Shown: positions 36,682 to 47,495, counted from the stretch's first letter. The stretch is 64,000 nt of DNA from Candidatus Izemoplasmatales bacterium (GCA_046542225.1 JBKHBS010000001.1:52259-116258); one strand, 5' to 3'. Numbers and translations are program-made. Notes: a model not told the origin generated them from the sequence alone.

Positions 36682-37395
36682 TAAATTAAATTTAATATTT
36701 ATCTTTTTGAAAATCTTTCCAACATATTCATACCATTTGAATTTAATAACAATCCAAAAGATAGCTTCTGTTAAAAGGATACCCACAATTAAGTCAATGA
36801 TATAATGTTGTTTCAGTGTTTGGGTTGCAACAATAATCATGATGGCGATAGTGTAGATAATTGCTTTTGGTAACTTAGGCATATTTTTATCAAGTCTAAC
36901 ACCAATAATCGCGATCCAACTAGAGATGGTGTGCATAGAAGGCAAAGCGTTTCTTGGTCCTGCAGATTGATAAATCCACATGATGATGCTTTCTGTAAAG
37001 GTTAAATCGGTTCTCGGTGTAAGATAATTACCATCTATAAATAGTCCAGAAGTGGTTCGCCACGCTTCAACGTCAGATTGCCAGAAGAAGTACCAAATAC
37101 CACAAATAGTGAAAGCAATAATCGCAACCGTTGAAATGATGTACATGTTTCTTTGTGAACGATATCCAATGTAAAGGAATGAAAAAAACCAAAAAGGATA
37201 AGCAATAATGTATGGGTAGATATGCCAAGTAATGAAAGGAACGCTTTCATTGAAATCTTTGAAAATGTAACTATAGTCAATACCAGGGTTTCCAAAGGTT
37301 TCCGCATACCATTGATTACCAAAATAATTTACGATTAAAAATAATAAGACAATTGTTAAAGGAATGATCGTCCTTTTTATTCTTTTTTTGTCCAT
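36661..37395 (-). CDS. PAP2-superfamily membrane phosphoesterase/phosphotransferase
   Basis: NALPSMH and KQHYIIDLIVG motifs, about 6 TM; GAGGAGG RBS before ATG 37395. Confidence 0.82.
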   Translation of the reverse strand: MDKKRIKRTIIPLTIVLLFLIVNYFGNQWYAETFGNPGIDYSYIFKDFNESVPFITWHIYPYIIAYPFWFFSFLYIGYRSQRNMYIISTVAIIAFTICGIWYFFWQSDVEAWRTTSGLFIDGNYLTPRTDLTFTESIIMWIYQSAGPRNALPSMHTISSWIAIIGVRLDKNMPKLPKAIIYTIAIMIIVATQTLKQHYIIDLIVGILLTEAIFWIVIKFKWYEYVGKIFKKINIKFNLEKNEDR

Positions 37396-37533
37396 ATAAA
37401 CCTCCTCAATATCAGTACTTTTAAAATTATAACACAAAAGAAATAATAAATATAGATACATTATAGATTTGTTTTATATTGCCAAAGAATGCGATTTGTG
37501 ATAGAATTAATAAGTACGAAAAGTGAGGTAATT

Positions 37534-38400
37534 ATGTTCGGATTTAGAAGCGATGGAAAAAAAGTTAAGAATATAGATCCTTTCATGAAAATCGTTCCAC
37601 ACATAATGTTTCATAGGAATGATGCTATGGTCATGAAAACCGAGAAATTAGATTGCTCTAAAATTGACGAGTATATTCTAAGAAAAAGGCGTGAAGAAGG
37701 CGTCAAGGTGGATTATATGGATGTCGTTATTACTGCTTTTGTTAGGGTGATTTCACTCCGGCCAAAATTAAATCGCTTTATTGTAAATGGACGTATTTAC
37801 AAAAGAAATAAAATTCAATTATCATTTTCAATTAAAAAAAGATTGGTTGATAGCGCAGAGGAAACCGCATTAAAACTGTCCTTTGATGGCAGTGAATCTA
37901 TTTATGATGTTCAAGCTCAAATACATGAGCTTTTGAAACAGAATAAAGGTGTTTCAAAGAAAAACATCGTTGATAAATTGGCGAAATTATTCACAAAAGG
38001 TCCTAATTTCATCATTAAATGGACCGTTCGATTTTTCATGTGGTTAGACAAACATGGTATGTTACCAAAATCCATCCTCGAAGCTTCTCCATTTCATACA
38101 TCTGTATTTTTAGTTAATTCAAGATCAATTAAAATGAGTCCGGTGTATCATCATATTTATAATTTTGGGACAACTGGTACATTTGTTTCAATGGGTAAAG
38201 AAACATACGAGCCTGTTGTGACAAACCCAAATAAAAATGAATTTTCTGTAAAAAAAATTATGGAGTTAGGTATCGTAATTGACGAACGAATCTGTGATGG
38301 ATTGTATAATAGTTTGTCTTTGAAAGAATTAAATCGTATTTTGTCCAATCCAGATATACTTGATGAAAAAAACACAAATGTCGTTAAGGATGAGGCGTAA
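37534..38400 (+). CDS. Stand-alone 2-oxoacid dehydrogenase E2-type acyltransferase catalytic domain protein
   Basis: RPKLNRFI, C-terminal IDERICDG (canonical DHRxxDG); no lipoyl or E3-binding domain. Confidence 0.75.
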   Translation: MFGFRSDGKKVKNIDPFMKIVPHIMFHRNDAMVMKTEKLDCSKIDEYILRKRREEGVKVDYMDVVITAFVRVISLRPKLNRFIVNGRIYKRNKIQLSFSIKKRLVDSAEETALKLSFDGSESIYDVQAQIHELLKQNKGVSKKNIVDKLAKLFTKGPNFIIKWTVRFFMWLDKHGMLPKSILEASPFHTSVFLVNSRSIKMSPVYHHIYNFGTTGTFVSMGKETYEPVVTNPNKNEFSVKKIMELGIVIDERICDGLYNSLSLKELNRILSNPDILDEKNTNVVKDEA

Positions 38401-38402
38401 TT

Positions 38403-38633
38403 ATGATTGTTCCAGCAATATTTACAATAATTTTTGGAATGTTTTTTGGTTTAATAGGCTATAAGTTTCTATTCAAACCTGAGAAAACAATCAGAGGTTT
38501 ACAACATATGAAATACAAAAGTTCTAGTACTCCGGCTAATAAAGCCATTATTATTACTAGAATCTTCGGGGTAATACTTATTATAGTTGGTATATATTTT
38601 ATTGGTGTTGGCATCAATATTTTAGTAAGCTAA
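38403..38633 (+). CDS. Small two-TM membrane protein
   Basis: Two hydrophobic segments, LFKPEK and TRIFG; 2 nt after the preceding stop, followed by a terminator. Confidence 0.7.
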   Translation: MIVPAIFTIIFGMFFGLIGYKFLFKPEKTIRGLQHMKYKSSSTPANKAIIITRIFGVILIIVGIYFIGVGINILVS

Positions 38634-38660
38634 AGAAACAGATGATTCTGTTTCTTTTTA
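38633..38660 (+). terminator. Intrinsic terminator
   Basis: AAAGAAACAGA-tgat-TCTGTTTCTTTTT. Confidence 0.82.
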
Positions 38661-38680
38661 TTTTCTAATGAGGTTATATT

Positions 38681-40519
38681 ATGAGCATTTTAAGATTAAG
38701 TCAAGTTTCAAAATCCTTTGGTGCAGATTTATTGTTTGATAATGTCAGTCTTGACATTAATCATAAAGATAAAATAGCATTGATTGGTAAGAATGGAACT
38801 GGTAAATCAACATTATTCAAAATCATTTTAAAAGAATTGTCACCCGATCAAGGCGATGTTTTTATCCATGGACAAACAAAGATAGGTTATTTATCACAAA
38901 ACATTATCGAAAATGAAGAACACACTTTATACGAAGAAGTTTTAAGAGTCTTTGAAGAAGTTATTAATATTGAGCATAAAATGATAGAATTACAAAATCA
39001 AATGAAAGATGATTTTTCAGACCAACTCTTGGCCAGATATTCTAGAATGGAAGAAAAATTTAATCATTTGGGTGGCTATAGTTACTTGGTAAAAATTGAT
39101 ACTTTATTAAGTCATTTTGGATTCGCGAGAGATGTTTATGATAGAAAAATAAAAACTTTTTCAGGTGGCGAAAAAACAAGAATTGCTTTTGCAAAACTGC
39201 TTATGGTGGAACCAGATATTTTATTACTTGATGAGCCAACCAACCACATGGACATCGAGATTATTGAATGGTTAGAAGACTACCTTAAATCTTATGAAAA
39301 GGCTGTCTTTGTTATTACCCATGATAAATATTTCATAAACAAAGTTTGCAAAAAAATCTTTGAGATTGACCATCAATCTCTAGAAACCTACCATGGTAAT
39401 TATGATGACTATGAAGTTGAAAAAGTGAATCGTTATGAAAGAATGATGAAACTTTATGAAAAACAACAAAAAGAAATCAGCCATTTACAAAGTTTTGTAG
39501 ATAGGTTTAGATATAAAGCTAAAAAAGCAAAATCAGCGCAAGACAGAATTAAAAAAATAGACAGAATGGACAAAATTGATAAACCAACCCAGTCAAAATC
39601 CAAAGTCCATATTGGCTTTAAAAGCAAAAGACCGACAAACATAAATATTTTAGAATTAAATGATTTAACCATTGGTTATGATCAACCATTATTAAAATCA
39701 ATCAATTTTAAAATGAGAGGTTTTGAAAAAGTAGGTATTATTGGACCAAACGGTTCAGGAAAAACTACTTTAATTAAAACCATCATGTCTCATATTGACC
39801 CTATAGCTGGTGAGGTTAAGTTCAATAAACATATGAAAATTGGTTACTTTGATCAAAACCTACAACATTTTGACAAAAGCAAAACACTGCTTGAGACCAT
39901 TCATTCAATATATCCGACCAAAACCTTAACTGAGGTTCGTTCTGACTTGGCAAAAGTCATGTTCACTCAAGAAGATGCATATAAATACATTTCCATATTA
40001 AGTGGTGGAGAATTGGTTAAACTACATTTATTATTTTTGATGTTAGAAGAACCAGATTTATTGATACTGGATGAACCGACCAACCACTTAGACATTGACA
40101 CAAAAAATGTTATTGAAGATGTGTTTGAAGCTTATGAAGGACCCATGTTGTTTATTTCTCATGACCGATATTTTATAAATAAAGTGGCAGATAAGATTAT
40201 TTCTATTGATGATAAACTTCGTGTGTATCATGGAAACTATACAGATTATATTGGTGAACAAGCAGAAAATAAAGTAAAAAAAGAAGTTAGAAAAAAACCT
40301 AAAAAGAAAATCTCTTTAGATGTAGAGATGAATAAAATTGAAGGCTTTATTTCTGAAATTGAAGCAAAAATAGACCAACAAAAACAAGTTTTATTTGAAG
40401 AAGAAGTATATACTGATAGATTAAGATATGATGAAGAAAATCGTATTTTAATAGAATTAGAAAAAGAATTGAATAAAAGATATCATGAATTAGAAGTGTT
40501 AATGAAAAAAGAATATTAA
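38681..40519 (+). CDS. ABC-F family ATPase (ribosome-associated)
   Basis: Two NBDs (GKNGTGKS, GPNGSGKT; FSGGE, LSGGE; two LDEPTNH), linker, C-terminal coiled coil, no TM. Confidence 0.94.
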   Translation: MSILRLSQVSKSFGADLLFDNVSLDINHKDKIALIGKNGTGKSTLFKIILKELSPDQGDVFIHGQTKIGYLSQNIIENEEHTLYEEVLRVFEEVINIEHKMIELQNQMKDDFSDQLLARYSRMEEKFNHLGGYSYLVKIDTLLSHFGFARDVYDRKIKTFSGGEKTRIAFAKLLMVEPDILLLDEPTNHMDIEIIEWLEDYLKSYEKAVFVITHDKYFINKVCKKIFEIDHQSLETYHGNYDDYEVEKVNRYERMMKLYEKQQKEISHLQSFVDRFRYKAKKAKSAQDRIKKIDRMDKIDKPTQSKSKVHIGFKSKRPTNINILELNDLTIGYDQPLLKSINFKMRGFEKVGIIGPNGSGKTTLIKTIMSHIDPIAGEVKFNKHMKIGYFDQNLQHFDKSKTLLETIHSIYPTKTLTEVRSDLAKVMFTQEDAYKYISILSGGELVKLHLLFLMLEEPDLLILDEPTNHLDIDTKNVIEDVFEAYEGPMLFISHDRYFINKVADKIISIDDKLRVYHGNYTDYIGEQAENKVKKEVRKKPKKKISLDVEMNKIEGFISEIEAKIDQQKQVLFEEEVYTDRLRYDEENRILIELEKELNKRYHELEVLMKKEY

Positions 40520-40565
40520 AACTATATTATTTATGATAGAATTATTATGTTATGGGGTGGTAAAA

Positions 40566-42269
40566 ATGATTAATATTATTAAAAATTCAATCAAAAAAGA
40601 ACTAGAACTTTTTCTATATAATACTTACAATGAAAAGATTGATGTCACAGTAGAAAAACCAAAAAACCAAAAAATGGGAGATATTTCTATTCCTGTGTTT
40701 TCTGCGGTTAAGGTATTGAAAAAGCCCTTGCCTCAAGTGGTTGAAATCATTGGAGAACAAGTTAAAAAAGCGGAATTTTCTAATTACTTTGATGAAATTC
40801 ATACTGTGTCTGGTTTCATTAATATTTCATTAAACAAAGCATTATTTGCTAAAGAGGTTGTTAATGAAGTAGACCAATCAGAAAATTATGGACAAAGCGA
40901 TTTGGGTCAAGGAAAAACCATTGTTATGGATTACTCTTCACCCAACATTGCCAAACCTTTTTCTGTTGGCCATTTACGTTCAACAGTCATTGGACATGCC
41001 ATTGGAAATATTTTGGAAAAGTTAAGCTACAAAGTGGTTAGAATTAATCACTTAGGTGACTTTGGGACCCAATTTGGTAAGATTATCTATGCTTATTTGA
41101 ATTTTGGAGACAAAGAAAAAGTCGATGAAAATCCTATTGAAGAATTAATGAAACTTTATGTTGAATTCCATGAACGTGCTAAAGAAAATCCAAGCATGGA
41201 AGACGAAGCACGTAAAATATTCAAGGAATTAGAACAAGGAAACCCTAAGTATGTTAAATTATGGGAACATTTTAGAGCGGTTTCTTTAGAAGAATACATG
41301 AAAGTCTATGAAGTCTTGGGTGTGAAATTTGATTCTTACAATGGAGAAGCCTTTTATAATGATAAGATGAAAGCTGTTGTGGATGAATTAAAAGAAAAGA
41401 AACTATTGGTTAAAGATGAAGGTGCAATGATTGTGCCTTTAGGAGAAGATTTACCACCGGCATTAATTCAAAAAAGTGATGGGTCAACCTTATATATTAC
41501 AAGGGATTTAGCCGCTTTATTCTATCGTAAAAACACCTATGATTTCGATGAAGTATTGTATGTTGTTGGAAACGAACAAAAACTTCACTTTACACAATTA
41601 AGGGAAGTCGTTAAGAAAATGGGATATGATTTTTATGAAGATATTCACCATATTAATTTTGGTCTTGTTTTGCAAGGCGGCAAGAAAATGGCGACTCGAA
41701 AAGGTAAAATTGTTAAATTAATGGATGTACTTCAGGAAGCAAAAAAACTCTCTTTAAATTATATTAATGAAAAAAATCCAGGTTTAGAGAACAAAGAAGA
41801 GATTGCTGAAAAAGTTGGCGTTAGTGCCATTATATTTAATGATTTAAAAAATTATCGTGCAAACGATATCGAATTTAACTTAAGTGATATGGTTAATTTT
41901 GTGGGACAAACAGGCCCATATTTACAATATACTTCAGTTAGAATTTCTTCAATTATTGAAGAAAATGTTATTGAGAAAAAAAATATAGATTATTCGCTTT
42001 ATACAAGTGAAGCGAGTTTTGAGTTAATCAAAACCATTGATGAATATCCAGAGATATTGGTCAAAGCAAAAGAAGAATATTCACCATCAGTGCTTGCAAA
42101 ATATTTGTTGACACTAGCAAGTTATTTCAACACTTATTATGCACAAGAAAAAGTGATGGTGGAAGACTTAATAGAAAGAAACACAAAACTATTCTTAATT
42201 TCTATTGTTAGGGATATCCTTGATGATGGTATGAGATTATTAGGAATGCAAGTGATCAAAAAAATGTAA
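40566..42269 (+). CDS. argS: Arginyl-tRNA synthetase
   Basis: DYSSPNIAKPFSVGHLRSTVIG, NHLGDFGTQFG, LYITRDLAA, GPYLQY. Confidence 0.97.
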   Translation: MINIIKNSIKKELELFLYNTYNEKIDVTVEKPKNQKMGDISIPVFSAVKVLKKPLPQVVEIIGEQVKKAEFSNYFDEIHTVSGFINISLNKALFAKEVVNEVDQSENYGQSDLGQGKTIVMDYSSPNIAKPFSVGHLRSTVIGHAIGNILEKLSYKVVRINHLGDFGTQFGKIIYAYLNFGDKEKVDENPIEELMKLYVEFHERAKENPSMEDEARKIFKELEQGNPKYVKLWEHFRAVSLEEYMKVYEVLGVKFDSYNGEAFYNDKMKAVVDELKEKKLLVKDEGAMIVPLGEDLPPALIQKSDGSTLYITRDLAALFYRKNTYDFDEVLYVVGNEQKLHFTQLREVVKKMGYDFYEDIHHINFGLVLQGGKKMATRKGKIVKLMDVLQEAKKLSLNYINEKNPGLENKEEIAEKVGVSAIIFNDLKNYRANDIEFNLSDMVNFVGQTGPYLQYTSVRISSIIEENVIEKKNIDYSLYTSEASFELIKTIDEYPEILVKAKEEYSPSVLAKYLLTLASYFNTYYAQEKVMVEDLIERNTKLFLISIVRDILDDGMRLLGMQVIKKM

Positions 42270-42295
42270 TTTATTTTGTTTAGGAGGATTTACAA

Positions 42296-44119
42296 ATGGT
42301 CAAAGCAGAAAAGAAGCCTAAACGACATATCGGTAAAAACTTAAGATTAATGGCCAAATGGACAGGTAAGTATGGATTTTTATTGATTCCCGTTTTTATA
42401 ATTTTATTTGCGGAATCATATTTACGAACAATTGTCCCATTGTTTGGACAACATATTATTGATGTTATTTTAGAAGGTGACAAGCCTTCCAAACTACCCG
42501 AAATTCTTGCGAATTTATTGATTGTTGAATCAGTTTGGCATCAACTATTATTAGCGGCAGCGTTGATTGTAGCAACAGCGCTTGTCAGAAGTATTTTTAT
42601 ATTTACAAGAAGATATATAAATGGTATTTATGCAGAAAGAACTGCCTATAGATTAAGAAATAATCTATATCGTCATCTCCAAGATGCTGATTATGGCTTT
42701 CATTCTCATTCTGAAACTGGAGATTTAATTCAAAGGTGTACAACCGACGTTGAAATGTATAAGCGTTTTGTTTCTGAACAGGTTGTAGAAGTCGGAAGAC
42801 TCATATTTCTTGTTGGATTGTCAATTTGGCAAATGTCACGTTTAAATTTAAATATGACTTTTATCTCATTGATTATTGCGCCAATACTATTTATTACAGC
42901 TATTTTTTATTTTAGAAAAGTAGAAAAGATGTTTCATGTCATCGAAGATAATGAAGCTAAAATGACAACACATGTTCAGGAAAATGTTTCCGGTGCACGT
43001 GTTGTCAAAGCTTTTGCAAATGAAGCATATGAAGTTAAAAAATTTGATAATTTAAGTAGAACATATACAGATTCAGACTACCAATTGGTAAAAAAGATGT
43101 CTTTATTTTGGTCTGCAACAGATTTACTGTCTTTTATTCAATTTTTTGTGATTGCTATTTTCGGTATTATATACGCTTCAAGGGGTATCATCACTTTGGG
43201 TATGTATACAGCTTTTTTAGCCTATGCTGGAAATATTATCTGGCCAATGAGACAGTTAGGCCGTCTTGTTGGGGATTTTTCAAAAGCGATTGTCAGTGTG
43301 TCTCGTTTGGATAAAATTATTTCAAACCCAGGCGAATATAAAGACGAAGAAAATAAAGAAAAACCAGAAATCAAAGGTAGCATTAAATTTGAGCATGTCT
43401 CATTTAAATTTGATGACGGACAAAGTGATCAAATTATTGACATTGACTTTAATATTAACAAAGGCGAAACAGTTGCCATTATTGGTAAAACAGGATCAGG
43501 TAAATCAACCCTTATTAATTTATTGGTGAGATTGCTTGATTATCAAAAAGGGCGGATTTTAATTGATGGTGTTGAAGTAAAAGACATTGAAAAACATCAT
43601 TTGAGAAAGCATATTGGTTTCATTTTACAAGAGCCATTCCTTTTCTCACGTTCTGTTGAAGAGAACATTAAAATTGCTGATAAAAATATTCCGGAAGATA
43701 GGATTAAAACAGTGGCTAAAATTGCCCAAGTTCATGATGATATTGTCAATTTTGAAGAGGGCTATAATACCCTTGTTGGTGAACGCGGTGTAACCCTATC
43801 AGGGGGTCAAAAACAACGTGTTGCCATTGCTAGAATGCTGGTACAACCAAAACCAATATTGGTTTTTGATGACAGTTTATCAGCCGTTGATACTGTGACA
43901 GATATTCAAATTAGAAGAGCTTTAAAGAAAGAATGGAAAGATTCAACCGTGATGATTATCACTCATAGAATTACAACAGCTTCTGAAGCTGATAAAATTC
44001 TTGTGATTGATGATGGGCGTATTGTTGAATCAGGAACACATGAGGAACTGATCAAAAGAGAAGGTTCATACAAGAGAATATGGGAAATTCAATCTAAGAT
44101 TGATTTCCGTTTGAAATAG
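42296..44119 (+). CDS. ABC exporter, fused TMD-NBD (heterodimer subunit A)
   Basis: Six-TM domain, GKTGSGKS, LSGGQKQR, degenerate Walker B FDDSLSAVD. Confidence 0.93.
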   Translation: MVKAEKKPKRHIGKNLRLMAKWTGKYGFLLIPVFIILFAESYLRTIVPLFGQHIIDVILEGDKPSKLPEILANLLIVESVWHQLLLAAALIVATALVRSIFIFTRRYINGIYAERTAYRLRNNLYRHLQDADYGFHSHSETGDLIQRCTTDVEMYKRFVSEQVVEVGRLIFLVGLSIWQMSRLNLNMTFISLIIAPILFITAIFYFRKVEKMFHVIEDNEAKMTTHVQENVSGARVVKAFANEAYEVKKFDNLSRTYTDSDYQLVKKMSLFWSATDLLSFIQFFVIAIFGIIYASRGIITLGMYTAFLAYAGNIIWPMRQLGRLVGDFSKAIVSVSRLDKIISNPGEYKDEENKEKPEIKGSIKFEHVSFKFDDGQSDQIIDIDFNINKGETVAIIGKTGSGKSTLINLLVRLLDYQKGRILIDGVEVKDIEKHHLRKHIGFILQEPFLFSRSVEENIKIADKNIPEDRIKTVAKIAQVHDDIVNFEEGYNTLVGERGVTLSGGQKQRVAIARMLVQPKPILVFDDSLSAVDTVTDIQIRRALKKEWKDSTVMIITHRITTASEADKILVIDDGRIVESGTHEELIKREGSYKRIWEIQSKIDFRLK

Positions 44120-44131
44120 AGGTGAAGACGA

Positions 44132-46000
44132 ATGAGTGATCATTTACGAGATGAAGAACATTTCTCCTCAAAAAAGATAGATTGGCAAGTATGGAAAAAA
44201 ATCTTTTCTTTTATGAAGCCATTAAAGAAATTTATAATTCTAGGATTACTAACTGTTGGCTTACTTGCTGTAGCAGATGTGGTTTATCCCTATATTGTTA
44301 AATTTGCCATAGATGATATTATTAAACCCAATATCTCCATTGTCGAGGCTGGGGGTCAAGCCGATTTTTCTAAATTAAATGTTTTGATTGGTTTGTTTGT
44401 TGGATTTATGCTTTTACAAGCATTTTCTGTCTACTTATTTATTTTATTCGCAGGAAAAATCCAAACTGAACTGGCCTTTAATATTAGAGAAAGAGCCTTC
44501 CATCATTTACAACAACTTCCTTTTTCCTATTATGATAGGACCAGGGTTGGATGGATTATGGCGAGGATGACTTCAGACACTAGAAATTTAAGTGAAATTT
44601 TATCTTGGGGATTCATTGATTTGGCATGGGGGATGTTTTTAATCATCATTTTAACAGGTTTTATGTTTGTGATTAATTTTAAATTAGCCCTAACAGTACT
44701 TGCGGTTGTGCCGATTTTAGTGATAATATCAATTATTTTTAGAAAATATATTTTAAAAGCTTATCGTTCAATTAGGAAAGTAAATTCAAAAATCACCGGT
44801 GCCTATAATGAAGGTATTACTGGTGCCATAACGACAAAGACTTTGGTTTTAGAAGATGAAAACTTTGATGAGTTTGATGGATTGACCGCAGATATGCGAC
44901 AACAATCAATTAGAGCACATATGTTACAAGGTTTATACTTCCCATCGATGTTATTTATTATTTCGATTGGGGTATCACTGGTATATTTGGTTGGTGGTCG
45001 TATGGTTTTAGACCCGGTTGCCGCCTTGCAAATTGGTACCTTATATTTATTTACAAACTATGTTTGGCAGTTCTTTGAACCGGTTAATAATGTGGCAAAT
45101 ATTTATGCTAGATTCCAACAAGCCCAAGCGTCAGCCGAAAGAATTGTGTCTTTAATTGAAACTGAAATGGAAATTAAAGATTCTGATGAAGTTGTTGAAA
45201 AGTATGGAACATTATTTGATTACAAATTAGAGAATTTTGAACCCCTTAAGGGTGATGTGGAATTTAAAAATGTTGATTTTAAATATAAAGTAGGAGAGAA
45301 AATTCTTTCTGACTTTAATTTAAAAGTTAAAGCAGGACAAACCATTGCGCTTGTAGGCCACACAGGTGCTGGAAAGACAACCATAATTAATCTTATTTCG
45401 AGATTTTATGAACCAACCGCAGGTCAAATATTGATTGATGGTAAGGACTATAAAGCGAGGAGTATGGGTTGGTTACATTCTAATTTAGGATATGTTTTAC
45501 AAACCCCACATTTATTTAGTGGTTCGGTGATGGAAAATATCCGTTATGGAAAATTAGATGCGACAGATGAAGAAGTGATTGATGCTGCTAAAGCAGTAGA
45601 AGCACATGAATTTATCATGAAATTTGAAAAAGGTTATCAAACAGAATGTGGTGAAGGTGGTTCAAGGCTATCGGTTGGACAAAAACAACTAGTATCTTTT
45701 GCTAGAGCCATATTATCAGATCCAAAAATTTTAATTTTAGATGAAGCAACTTCATCTGTTGATACTGAAACAGAACAAGCCATTCAAATTGCAATTCATA
45801 AATTACTTGAAGGCAGAACATCATTTATTGTTGCACATAGATTGTCAACAATTGTGCAAAGTGATAAAATATTAGTACTAGAAAATGGTCAGATTATTGA
45901 ACAAGGTTCTCATCAAGCATTGATAGAGGCCAAGGGTTATTATTACAAATTATATACCAACCAATATTCTGAGGATATGTTTAGTCATCAACAAAAATAA
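44132..46000 (+). CDS. ABC exporter, fused TMD-NBD (heterodimer subunit B)
   Basis: TM domain, GHTGAGKT, LSVGQKQ, LDEATSSVD, AHRLST. Confidence 0.93.
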   Translation: MSDHLRDEEHFSSKKIDWQVWKKIFSFMKPLKKFIILGLLTVGLLAVADVVYPYIVKFAIDDIIKPNISIVEAGGQADFSKLNVLIGLFVGFMLLQAFSVYLFILFAGKIQTELAFNIRERAFHHLQQLPFSYYDRTRVGWIMARMTSDTRNLSEILSWGFIDLAWGMFLIIILTGFMFVINFKLALTVLAVVPILVIISIIFRKYILKAYRSIRKVNSKITGAYNEGITGAITTKTLVLEDENFDEFDGLTADMRQQSIRAHMLQGLYFPSMLFIISIGVSLVYLVGGRMVLDPVAALQIGTLYLFTNYVWQFFEPVNNVANIYARFQQAQASAERIVSLIETEMEIKDSDEVVEKYGTLFDYKLENFEPLKGDVEFKNVDFKYKVGEKILSDFNLKVKAGQTIALVGHTGAGKTTIINLISRFYEPTAGQILIDGKDYKARSMGWLHSNLGYVLQTPHLFSGSVMENIRYGKLDATDEEVIDAAKAVEAHEFIMKFEKGYQTECGEGGSRLSVGQKQLVSFARAILSDPKILILDEATSSVDTETEQAIQIAIHKLLEGRTSFIVAHRLSTIVQSDKILVLENGQIIEQGSHQALIEAKGYYYKLYTNQYSEDMFSHQQK

Positions 46001-46036
46001 GCCTATAACCTATAACTAGTTTATAGGCTTGTCTTT
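45999..46036 (+). terminator. Probable intrinsic terminator
   Basis: AAGCCTATAA...TTATAGGCTT inverted repeat right after the stop codon. Confidence 0.7.
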
Positions 46037-46048
46037 TAGGAGGTTTTT

Positions 46049-47443
46049 ATGAAATTACCAGGTTTTATCGATGGGCATTTACATGTCTTAGGTGTTGGAT
46101 ATTTTCAAACCATTGTAGATTTATCCAATGCACAATCAATTGAAGAAGTGATTAATATCTTAAAGTCAAAAAAAGACGATAAAATTATTATTGGCCGCGG
46201 TTGGAATCAAGACCAATTTGCTGAAAATAGGTTAATCACAAAAACTGATTTAAATCAAGTTTCAACCACTATACCAATCGTAGTTACAAGGGTTTGTGGT
46301 CATGTCTTAGTCGCCAATGATAAGATGCTTTCCATGGCTGGCATTACTGAAACAACATCACAAGTCTTGGGCGGAAGTTTTGATTTTTCAACCGGCTTAT
46401 TTAGCGAAAAAGCCATGTCATTGATACATAATAAAATGCCAGCATTAACCAAAAAAGATATTCGTAATTTTCTTAAGTTAGCCAATGACACCTTGATTAA
46501 AAATGGAATCACTTCTGTAGCAAGTGATGATTTTTCTTCTTTTAATGTTGATTATGAAATGGTCATAGAAACCATTAAAGAAATGTATGAAGAAAATGAA
46601 ATCCAAGTAAAAATTACCCAACAAGTGAATTTGCCTTATAAAACATTAAAAGACTTTCTTGAAAAAGGTTATGCCAATAAAGTCATCCATCCCAAGTTTA
46701 AAATGGGTCCATTAAAAATATTAGCTGATGGGTCTTTGGGTGGAAGAACAGCGGCCATGATAGAGCCTTATTCAGATGATCCAAGTAATTATGGAATTAA
46801 GACATTTACAGATGAAGAATTATTTGAATTAATGAGTTTAGCCGATCAATATGGTATGGATTCAGTGGTACATGCCATTGGTGATGCGACCAGCTTGCAA
46901 GTCATTCAAATATTAAAAAAGGTCATTGACCAATCAAAGAGAAAGAACCACCATCACGCTATTATTCATGCTCAATTAACACCAAAAAATCAAATAGAAA
47001 TGATGGAAGAACTTAACATTGGTGCCATTGTTCAACCAATATTTATGAACACAGACATTAAGATTATTGAAAGTCGTTTGGGTGATAGAATCGATGATAT
47101 TTATTTGTATAAAACCATGTATGAAAAAATTAATTTAGGATTTTCTACAGATGCACCCATTGAACCAGTAAATCCTTTCTATAATATTTATACAGCAATG
47201 ACAAACAGAAGCATTAAATATCCGTTTTTAGACAGTTTTAATCCAAAGGAGTGTTTCACTCTTCAGGAAAGCTTAAAGGCTTATACAGTCAACAATTTAC
47301 CTTATGTATATGAAGATACGCTCAAGGACGATGATTACATCATCATTGATAGAGATTTAAACCCAAATGATCCCGAATCTATCCGAGATGCCTTGGTTGT
47401 GAAAACGGTTATTGATGGTGAAGAAGTTTTTTCATTAAAATAA
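46049..47443 (+). CDS. YtcJ-like amidohydrolase (Amidohydro_3), N-terminally shortened
   Basis: LPGFIDGHLH, GRGWNQD, RVCGH, KILADGSLGGRTAA, HAIGD, IIHAQ, STDAPIE; AGGAGG RBS. Confidence 0.88.
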   Translation: MKLPGFIDGHLHVLGVGYFQTIVDLSNAQSIEEVINILKSKKDDKIIIGRGWNQDQFAENRLITKTDLNQVSTTIPIVVTRVCGHVLVANDKMLSMAGITETTSQVLGGSFDFSTGLFSEKAMSLIHNKMPALTKKDIRNFLKLANDTLIKNGITSVASDDFSSFNVDYEMVIETIKEMYEENEIQVKITQQVNLPYKTLKDFLEKGYANKVIHPKFKMGPLKILADGSLGGRTAAMIEPYSDDPSNYGIKTFTDEELFELMSLADQYGMDSVVHAIGDATSLQVIQILKKVIDQSKRKNHHHAIIHAQLTPKNQIEMMEELNIGAIVQPIFMNTDIKIIESRLGDRIDDIYLYKTMYEKINLGFSTDAPIEPVNPFYNIYTAMTNRSIKYPFLDSFNPKECFTLQESLKAYTVNNLPYVYEDTLKDDDYIIIDRDLNPNDPESIRDALVVKTVIDGEEVFSLK

Positions 47444-47495
47444 GGAAATAATACTTTTATATTTAAAACAATTATTGTATAATGTTATTTGACGT

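Noticed and set aside
40520-40565. T-box leader for argS
   Set aside because: The gap is under 50 nt and has no T-box motif, unlike trpS and alaS.
42296-46000. Non-canonical Walker B (DD) and signature (LSVGQ) in the ABC exporter pair
   Set aside because: One degenerate nucleotide site is normal for heterodimeric ABC exporters.
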